DNA of 64,000 nucleotides from the IMG/VR virus record IMGVR_UViG_2767802041_000001, positions 21,082 to 85,081 of that record. One strand, written 5' to 3'. Positions 18,957-28,242 of the stretch are shown here, one piece after another. Position 1 is the stretch's first letter. Each line of letters begins with the position of its first letter. This stretch comes from a virus (Duplodnaviria > Caudoviricetes). A program made the translations under genes and the position numbers. The notes under the pieces were generated by a model. That model worked only from the letters and a program-made list of their open reading frames with translations, was not told where the DNA came from and did not search any database.

Positions 18957-19105
18957 GGGTGTCTCCGGGTTCGGTGGTTCTGGTGAAGGGGTCTGCACCC
19001 GGCCCCGGGAGCTACTGCGCACCCAGTAGGTGTGGTGCTCGACTCGGGGCCGGGGTTGGCCCGTTCCTGCCACGTCGCGGTTGGCAGGAACGGGGGCCGG
19101 TGGGG

Positions 19106-19450
19106 TTACTCGTCGCCGGTGCGGGGGTGCTCGTCGGCGCAGGTCTCGCACTGGACGAACTCGACGGTGCCGTCCATGTAGGTGCGGGCCTTGGCGGCGT
19201 CGAAGATTCGGTCGCAGTAGCAGCCCTGGCAGGTGCAGCGGGTGAGTTCGCCGGAGGCCGGGGGGTGGATGCCGATGAGGTGGATGACCTGGGCGTGGAT
19301 GAGGGCGCTGGCGGTGAGTTCGCGGTGGTCGGCGTAGTCGTTGGCCTGGTCGAGGAGTTCGTCGACGCGGGTGGCGAGGGTGGTGGTGAGGTGGTGGGCG
19401 TGGATTTCGGAGGGCTGTGTGGGGGCGTGCGTCATCACGGCGTGGCCCAT
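19106..19450 (-). CDS. Cys-rich hypothetical protein
   Basis: AGGAGG RBS; CTCQGCYC...CETC. Confidence 0.6.
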   Translation of the reverse strand: MGHAVMTHAPTQPSEIHAHHLTTTLATRVDELLDQANDYADHRELTASALIHAQVIHLIGIHPPASGELTRCTCQGCYCDRIFDAAKARTYMDGTVEFVQCETCADEHPRTGDE

Positions 19451-19509
19451 GGCGGCCTCCTGGTTGGGGTGGTGGTCCGGTGGGGTGTGTTCTCCCTTCC
19501 GGTGACACC

Positions 19510-19542
19510 ACAGTACCCATTCTCGTATTGCTATGCAATACG
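19510..19542 (-). promoter_or_regulatory. operator palindrome overlapping a promoter
   Basis: CGTATTGC-TAT-GCAATACG (19524-19542); minus strand TTGCAT-17bp-TACTGT. Confidence 0.75.
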
Positions 19543-19560
19543 TTTCGGGTGATGGCATGA

Positions 19561-19597
19561 GAAAGCCCCCACCCCCCGGGGGAAAGGGGTGAGGGCT
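19561..19597 (-). terminator. intrinsic terminator
   Basis: AGCCCTCACCCC...GGGGTGGGGGCTTTC on the minus strand. Confidence 0.55.
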
Positions 19598-19627
19598 GGC
19601 CTCAAGGTGATGCCGGCGGGCGCGCGG

Positions 19628-19879
19628 TCAGGGTTCGTCGGAGCCCTTCGCGAGCACCCAGTCCCGGTGCGCCATCAAAATGTCGGAGTAGGAGACGTAG
19701 TCGCGGCGCCACCCGCCGGCCGACCGGCGTCGCACGGTGGGCAGCTCCTCGGCGGCGATCCAGCGGCGGATCGTGGACACGGACGCGGGGTGCCCGGTGC
19801 GGCCTAGGAGGTCGCTGATCGCCTGGAGCGGCATCAGGTCGTTCGGTGCCGGAGCGGGGATGAGGTGCTCAATGGCCAT
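19628..19879 (-). CDS. excisionase/MerR-like small HTH protein
   Basis: LQAISDLLGRTGHPASVSTIRRWIAAEEL. Confidence 0.7.
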   Translation of the reverse strand: MAIEHLIPAPAPNDLMPLQAISDLLGRTGHPASVSTIRRWIAAEELPTVRRRSAGGWRRDYVSYSDILMAHRDWVLAKGSDEP

Positions 19880-20014
19880 GTCGTACTCCCGGTGAGCGGG
19901 CGGCCATCGTTCGCAGCTCCGGCGGCCGTCACGGGTGTTGGGGCCCTGGAGCCCCTGAGGGTGTGTGATGAAGGTGTTGCGTGGGGGGTACTGGTCTGAC
20001 CGTCGAGGTGCCGG

Positions 20015-20557
20015 TCAGGTTGCGCTGGACTTCCGGGCGAATTGCCGGGCGATGTGGTGGTGGGCGAGCGTTGCGAGGGGCCAGGTGTTGGAGAGGCCCT
20101 TGTCGTCGACGCAGTACCGGTTGATGCAGGCGGCCCGGTTGGCGGCGGTGCTCCAGAGGAGACCCCAGCATCCGCAGGCCGGGCAGGGGTGCTGGTTCAC
20201 GACGGTGGTGTCGCCGAGGTCGATGGCGTGCTCCAGGCCCTGCCGGTAGATCAGGGTTTCGCGGGCCTGCTGGTATTCGGCGTCGAGGTGGGCGGTGTGC
20301 TGCCTCGCCCAGTCGTAAACGCGGGTGGCGTCGGCCGGGGTGGGGCCGGCGGGCCGGGTCCAGTCGGCGGCCCTGGTGTGCTCGACGACCTCGACGACCG
20401 CGGTGTGGATGCGGTCGAGGACGTCGAGGTTGAGGGGTGCGGGTGAGGTGGTGCGGGTGGCGGTGCGTCCGTCACCGGGTCCGCGGCGCTCGTGCTGGGT
20501 GAACTCCGCCTGGAGGAGCCGGAGCCTGCGTTCGGTGGTGCTGTCTTCTCCCAGCAT
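20015..20557 (-). CDS. hypothetical protein with C-terminal Cys cluster (possible regulator partner)
   Basis: PAPLNLDVLD...CPACGCWGL...CINRYC. Confidence 0.65.
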   Translation of the reverse strand: MLGEDSTTERRLRLLQAEFTQHERRGPGDGRTATRTTSPAPLNLDVLDRIHTAVVEVVEHTRAADWTRPAGPTPADATRVYDWARQHTAHLDAEYQQARETLIYRQGLEHAIDLGDTTVVNQHPCPACGCWGLLWSTAANRAACINRYCVDDKGLSNTWPLATLAHHHIARQFARKSSAT

Positions 20558-20775
20558 GGTGTCCCCGTCCCACTGAGCCGGCCGGGGGCGCGGGGCGTAC
20601 GGTGTGGGGCCGGGGCGCGCGCCGGTGGCCGGAGGTTGTCACTCCGGGTAGTTCCGGACGCCCCATGATGCCACTGATTCGTCCCGTGTTGAACAGAACG
20701 TGCCAAGTGATCTACGGGCTGTGTGTGACTGTTGCCGACTCGTCACCAATCACCCCGCATTGCCAGTTGGCATAT

Positions 20776-21183
20776 TCACAGAGCGTCAGGGGCGTCCCGG
20801 AGTACCTGCATCATGCCGGTCAGGTGCTGGTACTCGTCCGGGCTGAGGCGCTCCTCGGCGTGGGAGCTGGTGAGCATCAGCTGGAGGAAGTCGAGGGTGG
20901 TCCGGTACACGTGGGCGGCGGCCTCGTCGGTGAGGGTCGCCTGGTGCGCGATGAACCACGCTTCAACGTCCAGGGCGAGGCGCTGCTGGGGGCTGTCCGG
21001 GGCGGCGGTGCGTTCCGGCTGCGGGGGCTGGGGGGTGCGGTGGCCGCGGCTGGTGCGGGTGGTGCGCCGGCCGAAGGGGATGACTCGGGACCCGTCGCCA
21101 ACGGGGGGTGTGGCGGGGGCGGGGCCCGGGGGTCCGGGGGTGTGGTGGCCCGCGGGGCGTGCGGGCTCGACGGATGAGGGCAT
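20776..21183 (-). CDS. hypothetical protein
   Basis: GGAG RBS; MPSSVEPA; helical C-terminus. Confidence 0.5.
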   Translation of the reverse strand: MPSSVEPARPAGHHTPGPPGPAPATPPVGDGSRVIPFGRRTTRTSRGHRTPQPPQPERTAAPDSPQQRLALDVEAWFIAHQATLTDEAAAHVYRTTLDFLQLMLTSSHAEERLSPDEYQHLTGMMQVLRDAPDAL

Positions 21184-21720
21184 GGGGCGTCTCCGCTCCT
21201 CGGCATTGGGAAGGGCGGTCGCACGATCGCAGTCCGTGCGGCCTCCCCTGGCCGGCTGCCGGTGGCCGGTACCGGGGGACGTCCACTGTGACACTGATCA
21301 GGTCACATGGGTAAGCGTTGACCGGGTTTTGATACCTCTGTGATCACTTTGGGGGTAGGGTCCCGGCCATTTGTGTGGGTGGGGTGGGCATGAAAAAGCC
21401 CCCGGGGTGCGGGGGTTGGTGGGGTGGGCATGCCCATCCGGTGATGGGGATTGTAGACCGGGGGTCGCGTCAGGGGGTAGGGGTCGGTGGCGCCAGGTTG
21501 GGTTGGTGCTGGTGGGGTGTGGGGGCAGGGGCGGAGGCGCTGCGATACCCGGGGTGGGGAGTCGCCTCTGCCCCTGCTGCCGGACGCGTCAGGGCGTGCG
21601 GCATTCCCAGCCAAGGGCTTGGGGATGGTCGAGGGAAGGGGCTGGTCACAGGGTCACTCGTACGTGTGACCGATAAACCCCGGCAAGGTGCCGGAATGCG
21701 GCCGAAACCGGCCCCACGCA

Positions 21721-21767
21721 CACTGCGGCCCCACCCCGCTGCTGCTCGGTGGGGTGGGGCCGCAGTG
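21721..21767 (-). terminator. stem-loop after parB
   Basis: CACTGCGGCCCCACCCC...GGGGTGGGGCCGCAGTG. Confidence 0.6.
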
Positions 21768-21772
21768 GTAGG

Positions 21773-22948
21773 TCAGGCGGACTGGCTCGAGGGCTCGACG
21801 CCTACGGCTTCGAGGAGTCGCTCGGTCAGGCAGTGCAGCGCCGCTTCGGGGAGTTCGGCGATGACGATGTTCGCGAGCTGCTCCCAGTCGTGCGTCGGCA
21901 ACTGCCGGACGGGGATCGGCGGCTCCGCTGCCGGGGGCTTTCCAGTCCCTTGGGGCTCAACCTGGTCCGCTCCGGAGAGAGTGGTGCTGGTGAGACCCCG
22001 CGAGTGACCCCAGGGTGTGGTTGCGGATGCCTGGCCCTGGTCGCGGGGCTCGGGCACCCCGGCAGGGTGGGTTCCGGTGAGTGCGGCCGTTGCCTCGGGC
22101 AGCGCTGGGGCCCGGGCGGGTGTCTCCCTGGGTGTGGCAGGTTCTGGTGCCGGTTTTACGGCCGTAAAAACTGGCTCGGACGGTGCAGCCTGACCGCCTG
22201 CCGGTTGGGATCGTCGGGCCGCTCTGGTGGCCTTCCTCTGCGCGGCTTTCGCTGCGCGGTCCTTCTGCTCCTGCTCCCACCACTGGAACTGGGCGTCGAC
22301 GTCCCACTGGTGGTCTTTCACGAGCTTGCCGAGCTTCCGGGCCGGCTCCAACGGCATCTGCTGGTGCCGAACAAGTTCCTGGACCTCGGGGGCCAGGCGA
22401 AGAAGTACGCGCCGCTGCGATACCCAGCCGTCGGCGCGTTCGTAGTGCTCGGCAACGGACCGGGCAGTACCGAACGCTTCCACGAGGACCTCGACGGCGT
22501 TTGCTTCCTCGATGGCGTCGAAGTTCTGCCGGTCGATGTTCTCCGAGACGACTGCGTCGAGGAACGTCTTGCGGGATTCGGCGTAGCCGTCGTTGATGAC
22601 GCACTCAAGCGCGGGGAGCTCTACGGCGGTGGCTGCTCGGTAGCGGCGTTCGCCGCTGACGATGACGAAGTCGACGTTGCCGATCTGGCCTTTGTGCTCG
22701 GGCCACAGCTCAAGGTAGGCGCGGCGCGTGACGACAGGGACAGCTTGGATCTGGCGCCGTTTGAGGCTGCGCCCGAAGTCCTCGAGCTGCTCCGTGGTCC
22801 CGAAGTCGCTCCGCGGGTTGACGAGGTTGGGGGCGATGCGGCCGAGGGGAACGCGGAGGAGCCGGCCGTCGGCCCGGGTGTCAACGACTTGGTCGGGCGC
22901 GTCGTCGTCCTCAAGAAAGTCGTCGAACTCGTTCGGGTTCATCGCCAT
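21773..22948 (-). CDS. parB: ParB-family partition protein
   Basis: NPRSDFG...IVSGERRYRAA...ENIDRQNFDAIEEA, HTH region. Confidence 0.92.
   Translation of the reverse strand: MAMNPNEFDDFLEDDDAPDQVVDTRADGRLLRVPLGRIAPNLVNPRSDFGTTEQLEDFGRSLKRRQIQAVPVVTRRAYLELWPEHKGQIGNVDFVIVSGERRYRAATAVELPALECVINDGYAESRKTFLDAVVSENIDRQNFDAIEEANAVEVLVEAFGTARSVAEHYERADGWVSQRRVLLRLAPEVQELVRHQQMPLEPARKLGKLVKDHQWDVDAQFQWWEQEQKDRAAKAAQRKATRAARRSQPAGGQAAPSEPVFTAVKPAPEPATPRETPARAPALPEATAALTGTHPAGVPEPRDQGQASATTPWGHSRGLTSTTLSGADQVEPQGTGKPPAAEPPIPVRQLPTHDWEQLANIVIAELPEAALHCLTERLLEAVGVEPSSQSA
22154..22169. promoter_or_regulatory. candidate parS site 1
   Basis: Perfect palindrome TTTTACGGCCGTAAAA inside parB. Confidence 0.65.
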
Positions 22949-23676
22949 CACAGGGCCGCCTGCTTCTGGCGGCGGATCTGGTGCTCCAGGGCGAGGGCCA
23001 CGAAGTCCTGCTTGGCCTTGGTGGCGGTGTGGTTCGACTCGTACTGGGTGCAGAAGCGCCCGTTGGTGATGCCGCGGGTGTGGGGCTTGTAGTGGCGGAG
23101 CGTGGTGTTGTAGAGGTTCCAGCCGCGCTTCTTGACCATGCTGATGGTGCGGTCGCGGTCGATCTCTCCGTCGCGGGGGTCCCAGTTGTTGACGACGACG
23201 CCGTAGGGGATCTGCCGGGGCATGAGGACGCGTTCGATGGTGGTGCGGGTAGGTCGGAACGCGGACCCTTCGGCTTCGAGGGGGACAATGACGTCGTCGG
23301 CTACGTCGAGTACGGCGCGGAGGGCGTCTCCGACGGTGCCGTCGCCAAGGGGGTCGATCGACTCGTCGTCGTCGTCTTCCTCGTTGAGGGGCATGAAGCC
23401 GGGGGTGTCGACGATGACGAAGTCGGCCTTGGCACGGCGGAGCTTGCGGAGCTGCTCGACGTTGCGGCTGGCGTTGACGACGCGGAAGGGGACTTCGCGC
23501 CCCTGCTTCCGGACTTCCTCGGCGTGCTCGACGCTGGTGGCCTGGGGGTCTATCGACACGACGGCAACGGACTGGTCTTCGCCGACGATCTCCGCAAGGA
23601 CGGCGGCCAGGTTGACGGTGATGAGCGACTTGCCCACCCCGCCCTTCCTGTTCAAGAGCACGGTGATGTAGGGCAT
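22948..23676 (-). CDS. parA: ParA-family partition ATPase
   Basis: KGGVGKS deviant Walker A, IDPQ, IVDTPG. Confidence 0.95.
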   Translation of the reverse strand: MPYITVLLNRKGGVGKSLITVNLAAVLAEIVGEDQSVAVVSIDPQATSVEHAEEVRKQGREVPFRVVNASRNVEQLRKLRRAKADFVIVDTPGFMPLNEEDDDDESIDPLGDGTVGDALRAVLDVADDVIVPLEAEGSAFRPTRTTIERVLMPRQIPYGVVVNNWDPRDGEIDRDRTISMVKKRGWNLYNTTLRHYKPHTRGITNGRFCTQYESNHTATKAKQDFVALALEHQIRRQKQAAL

Positions 23677-23778
23677 GTTCTTCTCCGAATACTTCCCGAT
23701 GTTCCGGTACTCCGGGGACTGGGGGCAGTCTGTCAGACCGGGCGGGTGTCTTCGGAGAGGGCTCTTGGGTGGGCGGGT

Positions 23779-23794
23779 TTTTACGGCCGTAAAA
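23779..23794. promoter_or_regulatory. candidate parS site 2
   Basis: Identical palindrome TTTTACGGCCGTAAAA upstream of parA. Confidence 0.65.
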
Positions 23795-23795
23795 C

Positions 23796-24560
23796 TCAGG
23801 CGACGTCGAAGACCTGCCGTACGGGCGCGGTCGTGCCGCCGGTGTGCTTGTAGGCGATGGCGGCTTGGCGGGCGCGTTCGGAGTCGGACAGCTGCGGGCC
23901 GACTGCTTTCTCCGCGGCGGCGACCGCGTCGGTGAACGCAGCCTCGGGTTCGCGGGCCATCGCCTGGTTCTGGCGCTCGATCGCCGCGGCGGCCAGGGGG
24001 TTGGTGGCGGGGCGTTCGGCTCGGCGGATCGCGGCGATGGCTTCCTTGTACCCGTCGCAGGCCGTGTCCCGGGTGCGAACGGGTCGTTCCACCGTGGGCC
24101 GGTCGGGAGCGCTGGTCGCCTGTGCGGGCTGCGCGGTGATGGGCCCGGGCGGCAGGACACGGACGCTGCGTACGAGGTCCCGCCCGGCCTTGTCGTTGAT
24201 CTGCTTGCACAGTTGCCCGCCGAGGAGGCGGAGCTGGGTGGCGTAGGCGGGTGAGGCGGGGCGGAGGTCGAGGCGCCCGGCCTGGGGGTCGTAGTGGACG
24301 GGTTCGATGTGGCCGACGTACTGGGGGCACAGGTTCGGCCACTGCTCGAGAATGTTGCCGCCGCCCATGCCGCCTTGCCAGCCGAGTTCGGTGGTGAGGT
24401 GGCCGAGGACGTTGCCGAGGCCAGCAGGGTCGCGTCGTTCACCGCGGATGGGCCGTGCGGTACGGAGGCGGGGTTTGGTGGTGGGGCGGGTCTTCGCGGC
24501 GGCGCGGGCGGCTTGGAGGGCGATGCGGGCCAGGTCGGCACCGGACGCTTCGGCGGTCAC
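23796..24560 (-). CDS. DciA/DUF721-like protein (helicase loader-like)
   Basis: SGADLARIAL...RDPAGLG...GW...QWP...ASPAYATQLRL...IN. Confidence 0.75.
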   Translation of the reverse strand: MTAEASGADLARIALQAARAAAKTRPTTKPRLRTARPIRGERRDPAGLGNVLGHLTTELGWQGGMGGGNILEQWPNLCPQYVGHIEPVHYDPQAGRLDLRPASPAYATQLRLLGGQLCKQINDKAGRDLVRSVRVLPPGPITAQPAQATSAPDRPTVERPVRTRDTACDGYKEAIAAIRRAERPATNPLAAAAIERQNQAMAREPEAAFTDAVAAAEKAVGPQLSDSERARQAAIAYKHTGGTTAPVRQVFDVA

Positions 24561-24940
24561 GGCTGTACCTCCGGAGTGGCGAAGTAGCTCTCGTGGACCG
24601 CCCACACGGCGTCTGTGCGCATGGCCATCTCGCCGTCGCGGAGTTCATCAGCCAGTAGGCCGGCCAGCTCTCCCGGCTCCAGCAGCGGTTCGTCTTCGGC
24701 GGCAAACGCGGCGTTCAGACGGTCGCGGATGCGGTCGAAGGTCAGCTTCTGCACGTGCCCGTCCGGTCGGATCACATTCAGGTAGCCAACAGCGCAGGCC
24801 TGCTCGAACGCGGCGAGAGCTTCCGGAAGGCTGGCCAGCTTCAACTCCGGCGTGCGGGTGCTGCGGGCGGCGCGGGCCTTGGCGAGGCGCTGGGCCCTGG
24901 CGGCCTTGGTGCTGGTGTTGCGCTTCTTCTTGCTGCTCAT
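24557..24940 (-). CDS. hypothetical protein
   Basis: GGAG RBS; basic N-terminus; coupled to the DciA-like gene. Confidence 0.65.
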   Translation of the reverse strand: MSSKKKRNTSTKAARAQRLAKARAARSTRTPELKLASLPEALAAFEQACAVGYLNVIRPDGHVQKLTFDRIRDRLNAAFAAEDEPLLEPGELAGLLADELRDGEMAMRTDAVWAVHESYFATPEVQP

Positions 24941-24952
24941 GGTGGTCTCCGG

Positions 24953-26359
24953 TCAGAAGGCGGGGGTGGGTTCGGTGGTGGTGAGGCGCAGCAGGACGAG
25001 GGCCTGGTCGACGAGCCGGTTGGTGAGGAGGCGGCGGGCGTCGCGGTTGCCGAGGGCCTCGAGGAGGTTCCGGACGTAGGTCGGGTCCTGGGCGGCGTAC
25101 TGCCGGTGCTCAAGGACCTCAGCGCGGGTGAGGGCGTCGATGTTGGTGTCGCCCTCGGGGTGCTCGGTGGCGCCGGCCAGGTCGGCAGCGGACACGGCCT
25201 GGGTCTGGCGGGCTGCCTGGATGGTGTCCATGGCGGCAGCAGCAGTGTCGGTGTACTGCTCGGCAGCGGCAGCGCCGGGGCCGTCCCAGCCCTGATGGCG
25301 AATGCGCTCGCGGAGGCGGGAGTCCTCCCACGCGGTGAGCATCAGGTGCCGGGCCTTGGTGGAGGCGTACAGCTTGTGGGCGCCCTTGAGGCGGTAGGCG
25401 AGCAGCCCGGAGGGGCGGCGGGAGTCCCTGGCATCGATGGGCCCCTGCTCTTCGGCGGCGGCCTGGACTTCCTGCCACTGCCATCCGGCGTCGGCGCAGT
25501 GCCGTGCGATCCACGCGATGCGGGGTGCGGAGGCGCGGGAGAGCCAGGGCACGTTGTCAATGAGCTGTCGGGCTAGCTGGTGGCGGCGGCCGACCTTGTT
25601 GAGCTTCTGCGGCCCGCGGTTGGTCTTCTTCGGGGTGGGGTGACTGCTGGTCCCGCTGGCGAGCTTTGTCTCAGAGGGGGGGATAGAACCACCCGCAGAA
25701 GAAGTCCCGGTAGAACCACCCTCCATTAGGGTGCAACGGCCCTGCCCGGAAACAGGGGTGCGGCGGCGGGGGCGACGCACCTTCCGGGCGGCCTTGCGGG
25801 CGAGCTTCCCGAGGGCCTTGCGGGCGGCGTCGGCGGCACCGACGGGGCGGCGTTGCACTCCTTCGCCGACGACACGAATGCCGTGCGCTTCGTCGAACGC
25901 GAGGGGGATGGTGCGCTCGTACACGGAGGCTTCGTCGCGGCCTTGGGCGACGCGGCCGCCCTTGGTGCGGTAGACGAGGAGTCCGGCTTCGCGGAGCATC
26001 CCGAGGTGGTATTCGACGGTCCGCTCGGAGATGCGGAGCTTCCGCGCGAGGTAGGCGATGCCGGGCCGGCACTCCTTGAGGTTGGCGCATTCCTGGGCGA
26101 TGAGGAGGGTGGTGGCGTTCATGCCCCGGGGCCCGTGGCTGCTGGTGGGGGTGTAGCGCTTCGCCTTGGGGTCGGCGGCCCAGTGGATGGCGGTCATCCA
26201 GGTGTGGCCGTCGAAGGCGATGCGTCCGGTGGTGGTGCTGATCCACTGGCACGCAGGGGCGATCGGGGGGCACTGGGTGCCCTGTTTGGGTGCAGACTTT
26301 TGCCGCGAATCGCCCATGCGGGCGTGCGGAAGCTGACAAGCGGTGTTCGGGTACGGCAC
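24953..26359 (-). CDS. putative replication initiator (winged HTH)
   Basis: CRPGIAYLARKLRISERTVEYHLGMLREAGLL HTH; lies upstream of DciA-like and parAB genes. Confidence 0.65.
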   Translation of the reverse strand: MPYPNTACQLPHARMGDSRQKSAPKQGTQCPPIAPACQWISTTTGRIAFDGHTWMTAIHWAADPKAKRYTPTSSHGPRGMNATTLLIAQECANLKECRPGIAYLARKLRISERTVEYHLGMLREAGLLVYRTKGGRVAQGRDEASVYERTIPLAFDEAHGIRVVGEGVQRRPVGAADAARKALGKLARKAARKVRRPRRRTPVSGQGRCTLMEGGSTGTSSAGGSIPPSETKLASGTSSHPTPKKTNRGPQKLNKVGRRHQLARQLIDNVPWLSRASAPRIAWIARHCADAGWQWQEVQAAAEEQGPIDARDSRRPSGLLAYRLKGAHKLYASTKARHLMLTAWEDSRLRERIRHQGWDGPGAAAAEQYTDTAAAAMDTIQAARQTQAVSAADLAGATEHPEGDTNIDALTRAEVLEHRQYAAQDPTYVRNLLEALGNRDARRLLTNRLVDQALVLLRLTTTEPTPAF

Positions 26360-26384
26360 TATGGACCTCGTTCCGTTCTGCGGA

Positions 26385-26580
26385 CACGAAAAAGCCCGCT
26401 TCGGTGGGTGCTGGTTCCGGAAGAACCTGAAAGTCGCTCGACCTGATCGGCCCCGGTCGCCAAACCGGAAGTCGGAAGTCGGGCCTTAGCTCGGTCGCCA
26501 AACCGAGCCGTAGGAAGTGGCCGCGCACGATGCGCCAACATCGGCGGCCAGCGGTAGAGGAAGTGCCCCCGCCAAGGGGC
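26385..26580 (-). promoter_or_regulatory. structured rep leader: four UUGGCG-loop hairpins plus terminator/attenuator
   Basis: CGCCAA loops at 26458, 26496, 26533 and 26570, each closed by a stem; CCCACCGAAGCGGGCTTTTT on the minus strand just before the rep start. Confidence 0.6.
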
Positions 26581-26605
26581 CCAGGACCTCCCGCTTAGAA
26601 GATCG

Positions 26606-26770
26606 CTACGTCACCTGATCCCCCTTGCTGGGTTCGGTCTGCCCAACGGCGGTCGCGTTGGGAAAGGTGGGGTACCTGCCGGTGATCAGGTCCAGGCCGC
26701 GTACGAGCCGCTGCTCGCGCAGCTCTTCTGCGAGACGGCGGTCTGCCAGGTGAAGGTTGCTGTCGCTCAT
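26606..26770 (-). CDS. small hypothetical protein
   Basis: GAGG RBS; ATGA overlap. Confidence 0.45.
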   Translation of the reverse strand: MSDSNLHLADRRLAEELREQRLVRGLDLITGRYPTFPNATAVGQTEPSKGDQVT

Positions 26771-26976
26771 CGACGGTCCTCTCGCCACAGCCAGGCCATG
26801 AACCCGAGGGCGACTGCCGTCCCGAGGATCATGCCGAAGAAGAGATTCCCGACAACGAGCAGGTCTCGGTCGATGCCCGGCCACGCCCAGGAGACGGCGT
26901 ACGGGGCGGTGGTGACGCTGGCGGCCACCGCGAGCAGGAGTCCGAGGCCGACGGCCCAGTTGCGCTTGGCGCTCAT
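26767..26976 (-). CDS. small two-TM membrane protein
   Basis: Two hydrophobic helices; ATGA overlaps. Confidence 0.6.
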   Translation of the reverse strand: MSAKRNWAVGLGLLLAVAASVTTAPYAVSWAWPGIDRDLLVVGNLFFGMILGTAVALGFMAWLWREDRR

Positions 26977-27377
26977 CGCTCGCCCTCCGTCCGGCTCGCC
27001 TTGTCCCGTGCGCGCTCGTACCGGGCACGGGCGGCGATGAACGCTTCGTCCGTACCGCCCCGGTCCGGGTGCGCGTCCGCCATGGCCTGCTTCAGCTCAG
27101 GCAGGGACGGAGACTTCCGCTGACCGGGGATCTCCGGCGGGTTCAGGTGCAGCCGGCGGAGGGTGTAGCCGTGCAGGATCTCGCCGTCAGCCTCGATGCG
27201 CGGCCGGTCCACGAACCCGGACCGGCCGTTCATGACGAAGTAGATCCGCTTCGGGGTCTTCTTCGTGATCTCGTAGCGGAGGACCTTGTAGTTGCCGAGA
27301 GGGCCGTCGTCCCAGTTGGCGTCCCACAGCTCGTACAGGTACTCCGTGGCGACGACCTCGTCGCCCTGGGCGGTCAC
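26973..27377 (-). CDS. hypothetical protein with C-terminal J-domain-like HPD motif
   Basis: KKTPKRIYF; AHPDRGGTDEAF. Confidence 0.65.
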   Translation of the reverse strand: MTAQGDEVVATEYLYELWDANWDDGPLGNYKVLRYEITKKTPKRIYFVMNGRSGFVDRPRIEADGEILHGYTLRRLHLNPPEIPGQRKSPSLPELKQAMADAHPDRGGTDEAFIAARARYERARDKASRTEGER

Positions 27378-27738
27378 GCGGCGGTGTGGGTAGTGGTGAC
27401 AGAGCCCGCATGCGTCGGCGGTGTGATCTTCACGCCGGAACTGCGGGGCCTACTGTCTACGGGGTCGGGTCCCCGGGTACGCTTCGCCATGTCGGCACCT
27501 TCAATCGCTTCGAAACGGTGTGGTGTCGGCCCGGCCCCGCGCCAGATGTTTGCCGCATCTGGGTAACCGTGGGGCCGTTCCTTTGTCTGGAGACTCCATT
27601 CGGCCTGGCTCGTTTCTGAGTGGTCGTCTGGCGTCAAGCGCAGCTTACCGGTTCGTCCCGTCACTGTCTGCCTCCTTGGCGATCGTGTTCGCTCATCGGA
27701 CTTGTCGTCAGATATGCAGCTCATCGCACAGCCGTGCG

Positions 27739-27784
27739 GACCTGCGGTGTTGTCCTATAGTTTTGCGACTTAAATAACCGGATC
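27739..27784 (-). repeat. 46-bp repeat, copy 1 (inverted relative to 40856-40901)
   Basis: Exact reverse complement of GATCCGGTTATTTAAGTCGCAAAACTATAGGACAACACCGCAGGTC. Confidence 0.9.
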
Positions 27785-27807
27785 CCGCAGCCTCCTTCCA
27801 GCACCGC

Positions 27808-28242
27808 TCAAGACGCCCTGGCCAGCAAAAAGGAAGGAGAAGACTCGCCAACCTCGGCCCGCTCCACCCGGATCGGGTGGACGCCCCCGGTAGTACCCGG
27901 GGGCGCGTCGTCGGGGGCGGTGGTGGTGTCGGTGCGGCGCCCGGTGCGGGCCTTCGTCGCCGCACACGTACACACCACGCACCGGCAGCCGAGCACGTTG
28001 TACCGGTACTCCCCGTGCGGCACCCCCTCCCGCCGCACCTTCGCCCCCACCACCTTCGCCTCCTCCACAGCGGCCGCGAACTCCCGGTTCGTGCGCGCGT
28101 ACCGGGTCGGGACTGCCCGGCTGATCCCCAACTCGTCGGCGGCGTCACCGAGGCGGGCCCCGTGGCGCAGCAGGTCGAGGTACGCGGCCTGGGCGGCCGG
28201 CCCGAACACGGTGGGGCGGCCACGGCCCCGGGTGGCGGTCAC
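27808..28242 (-). CDS. HTH protein with HG..Y...CRC..C motif
   Basis: GRPT...DAADELGISRA; HGEYRYNVLGCRCVVC. Confidence 0.65.
   Translation of the reverse strand: MTATRGRGRPTVFGPAAQAAYLDLLRHGARLGDAADELGISRAVPTRYARTNREFAAAVEEAKVVGAKVRREGVPHGEYRYNVLGCRCVVCTCAATKARTGRRTDTTTAPDDAPPGTTGGVHPIRVERAEVGESSPSFLLARAS

Noticed and set aside
21295-21720. ncRNA or replication origin in the ~430-bp gap after parB
   Set aside because: It contains a terminator-like hairpin and a GGGGTGGGCATG direct repeat, but no recognisable tRNA, iteron or AT-rich origin; support is too weak to call.
21773-24541. 922-aa ParB and 464-aa ParA calls in the ORF track
   Set aside because: The upstream extensions overlap other real genes; family motifs begin near 22948 and 23676.
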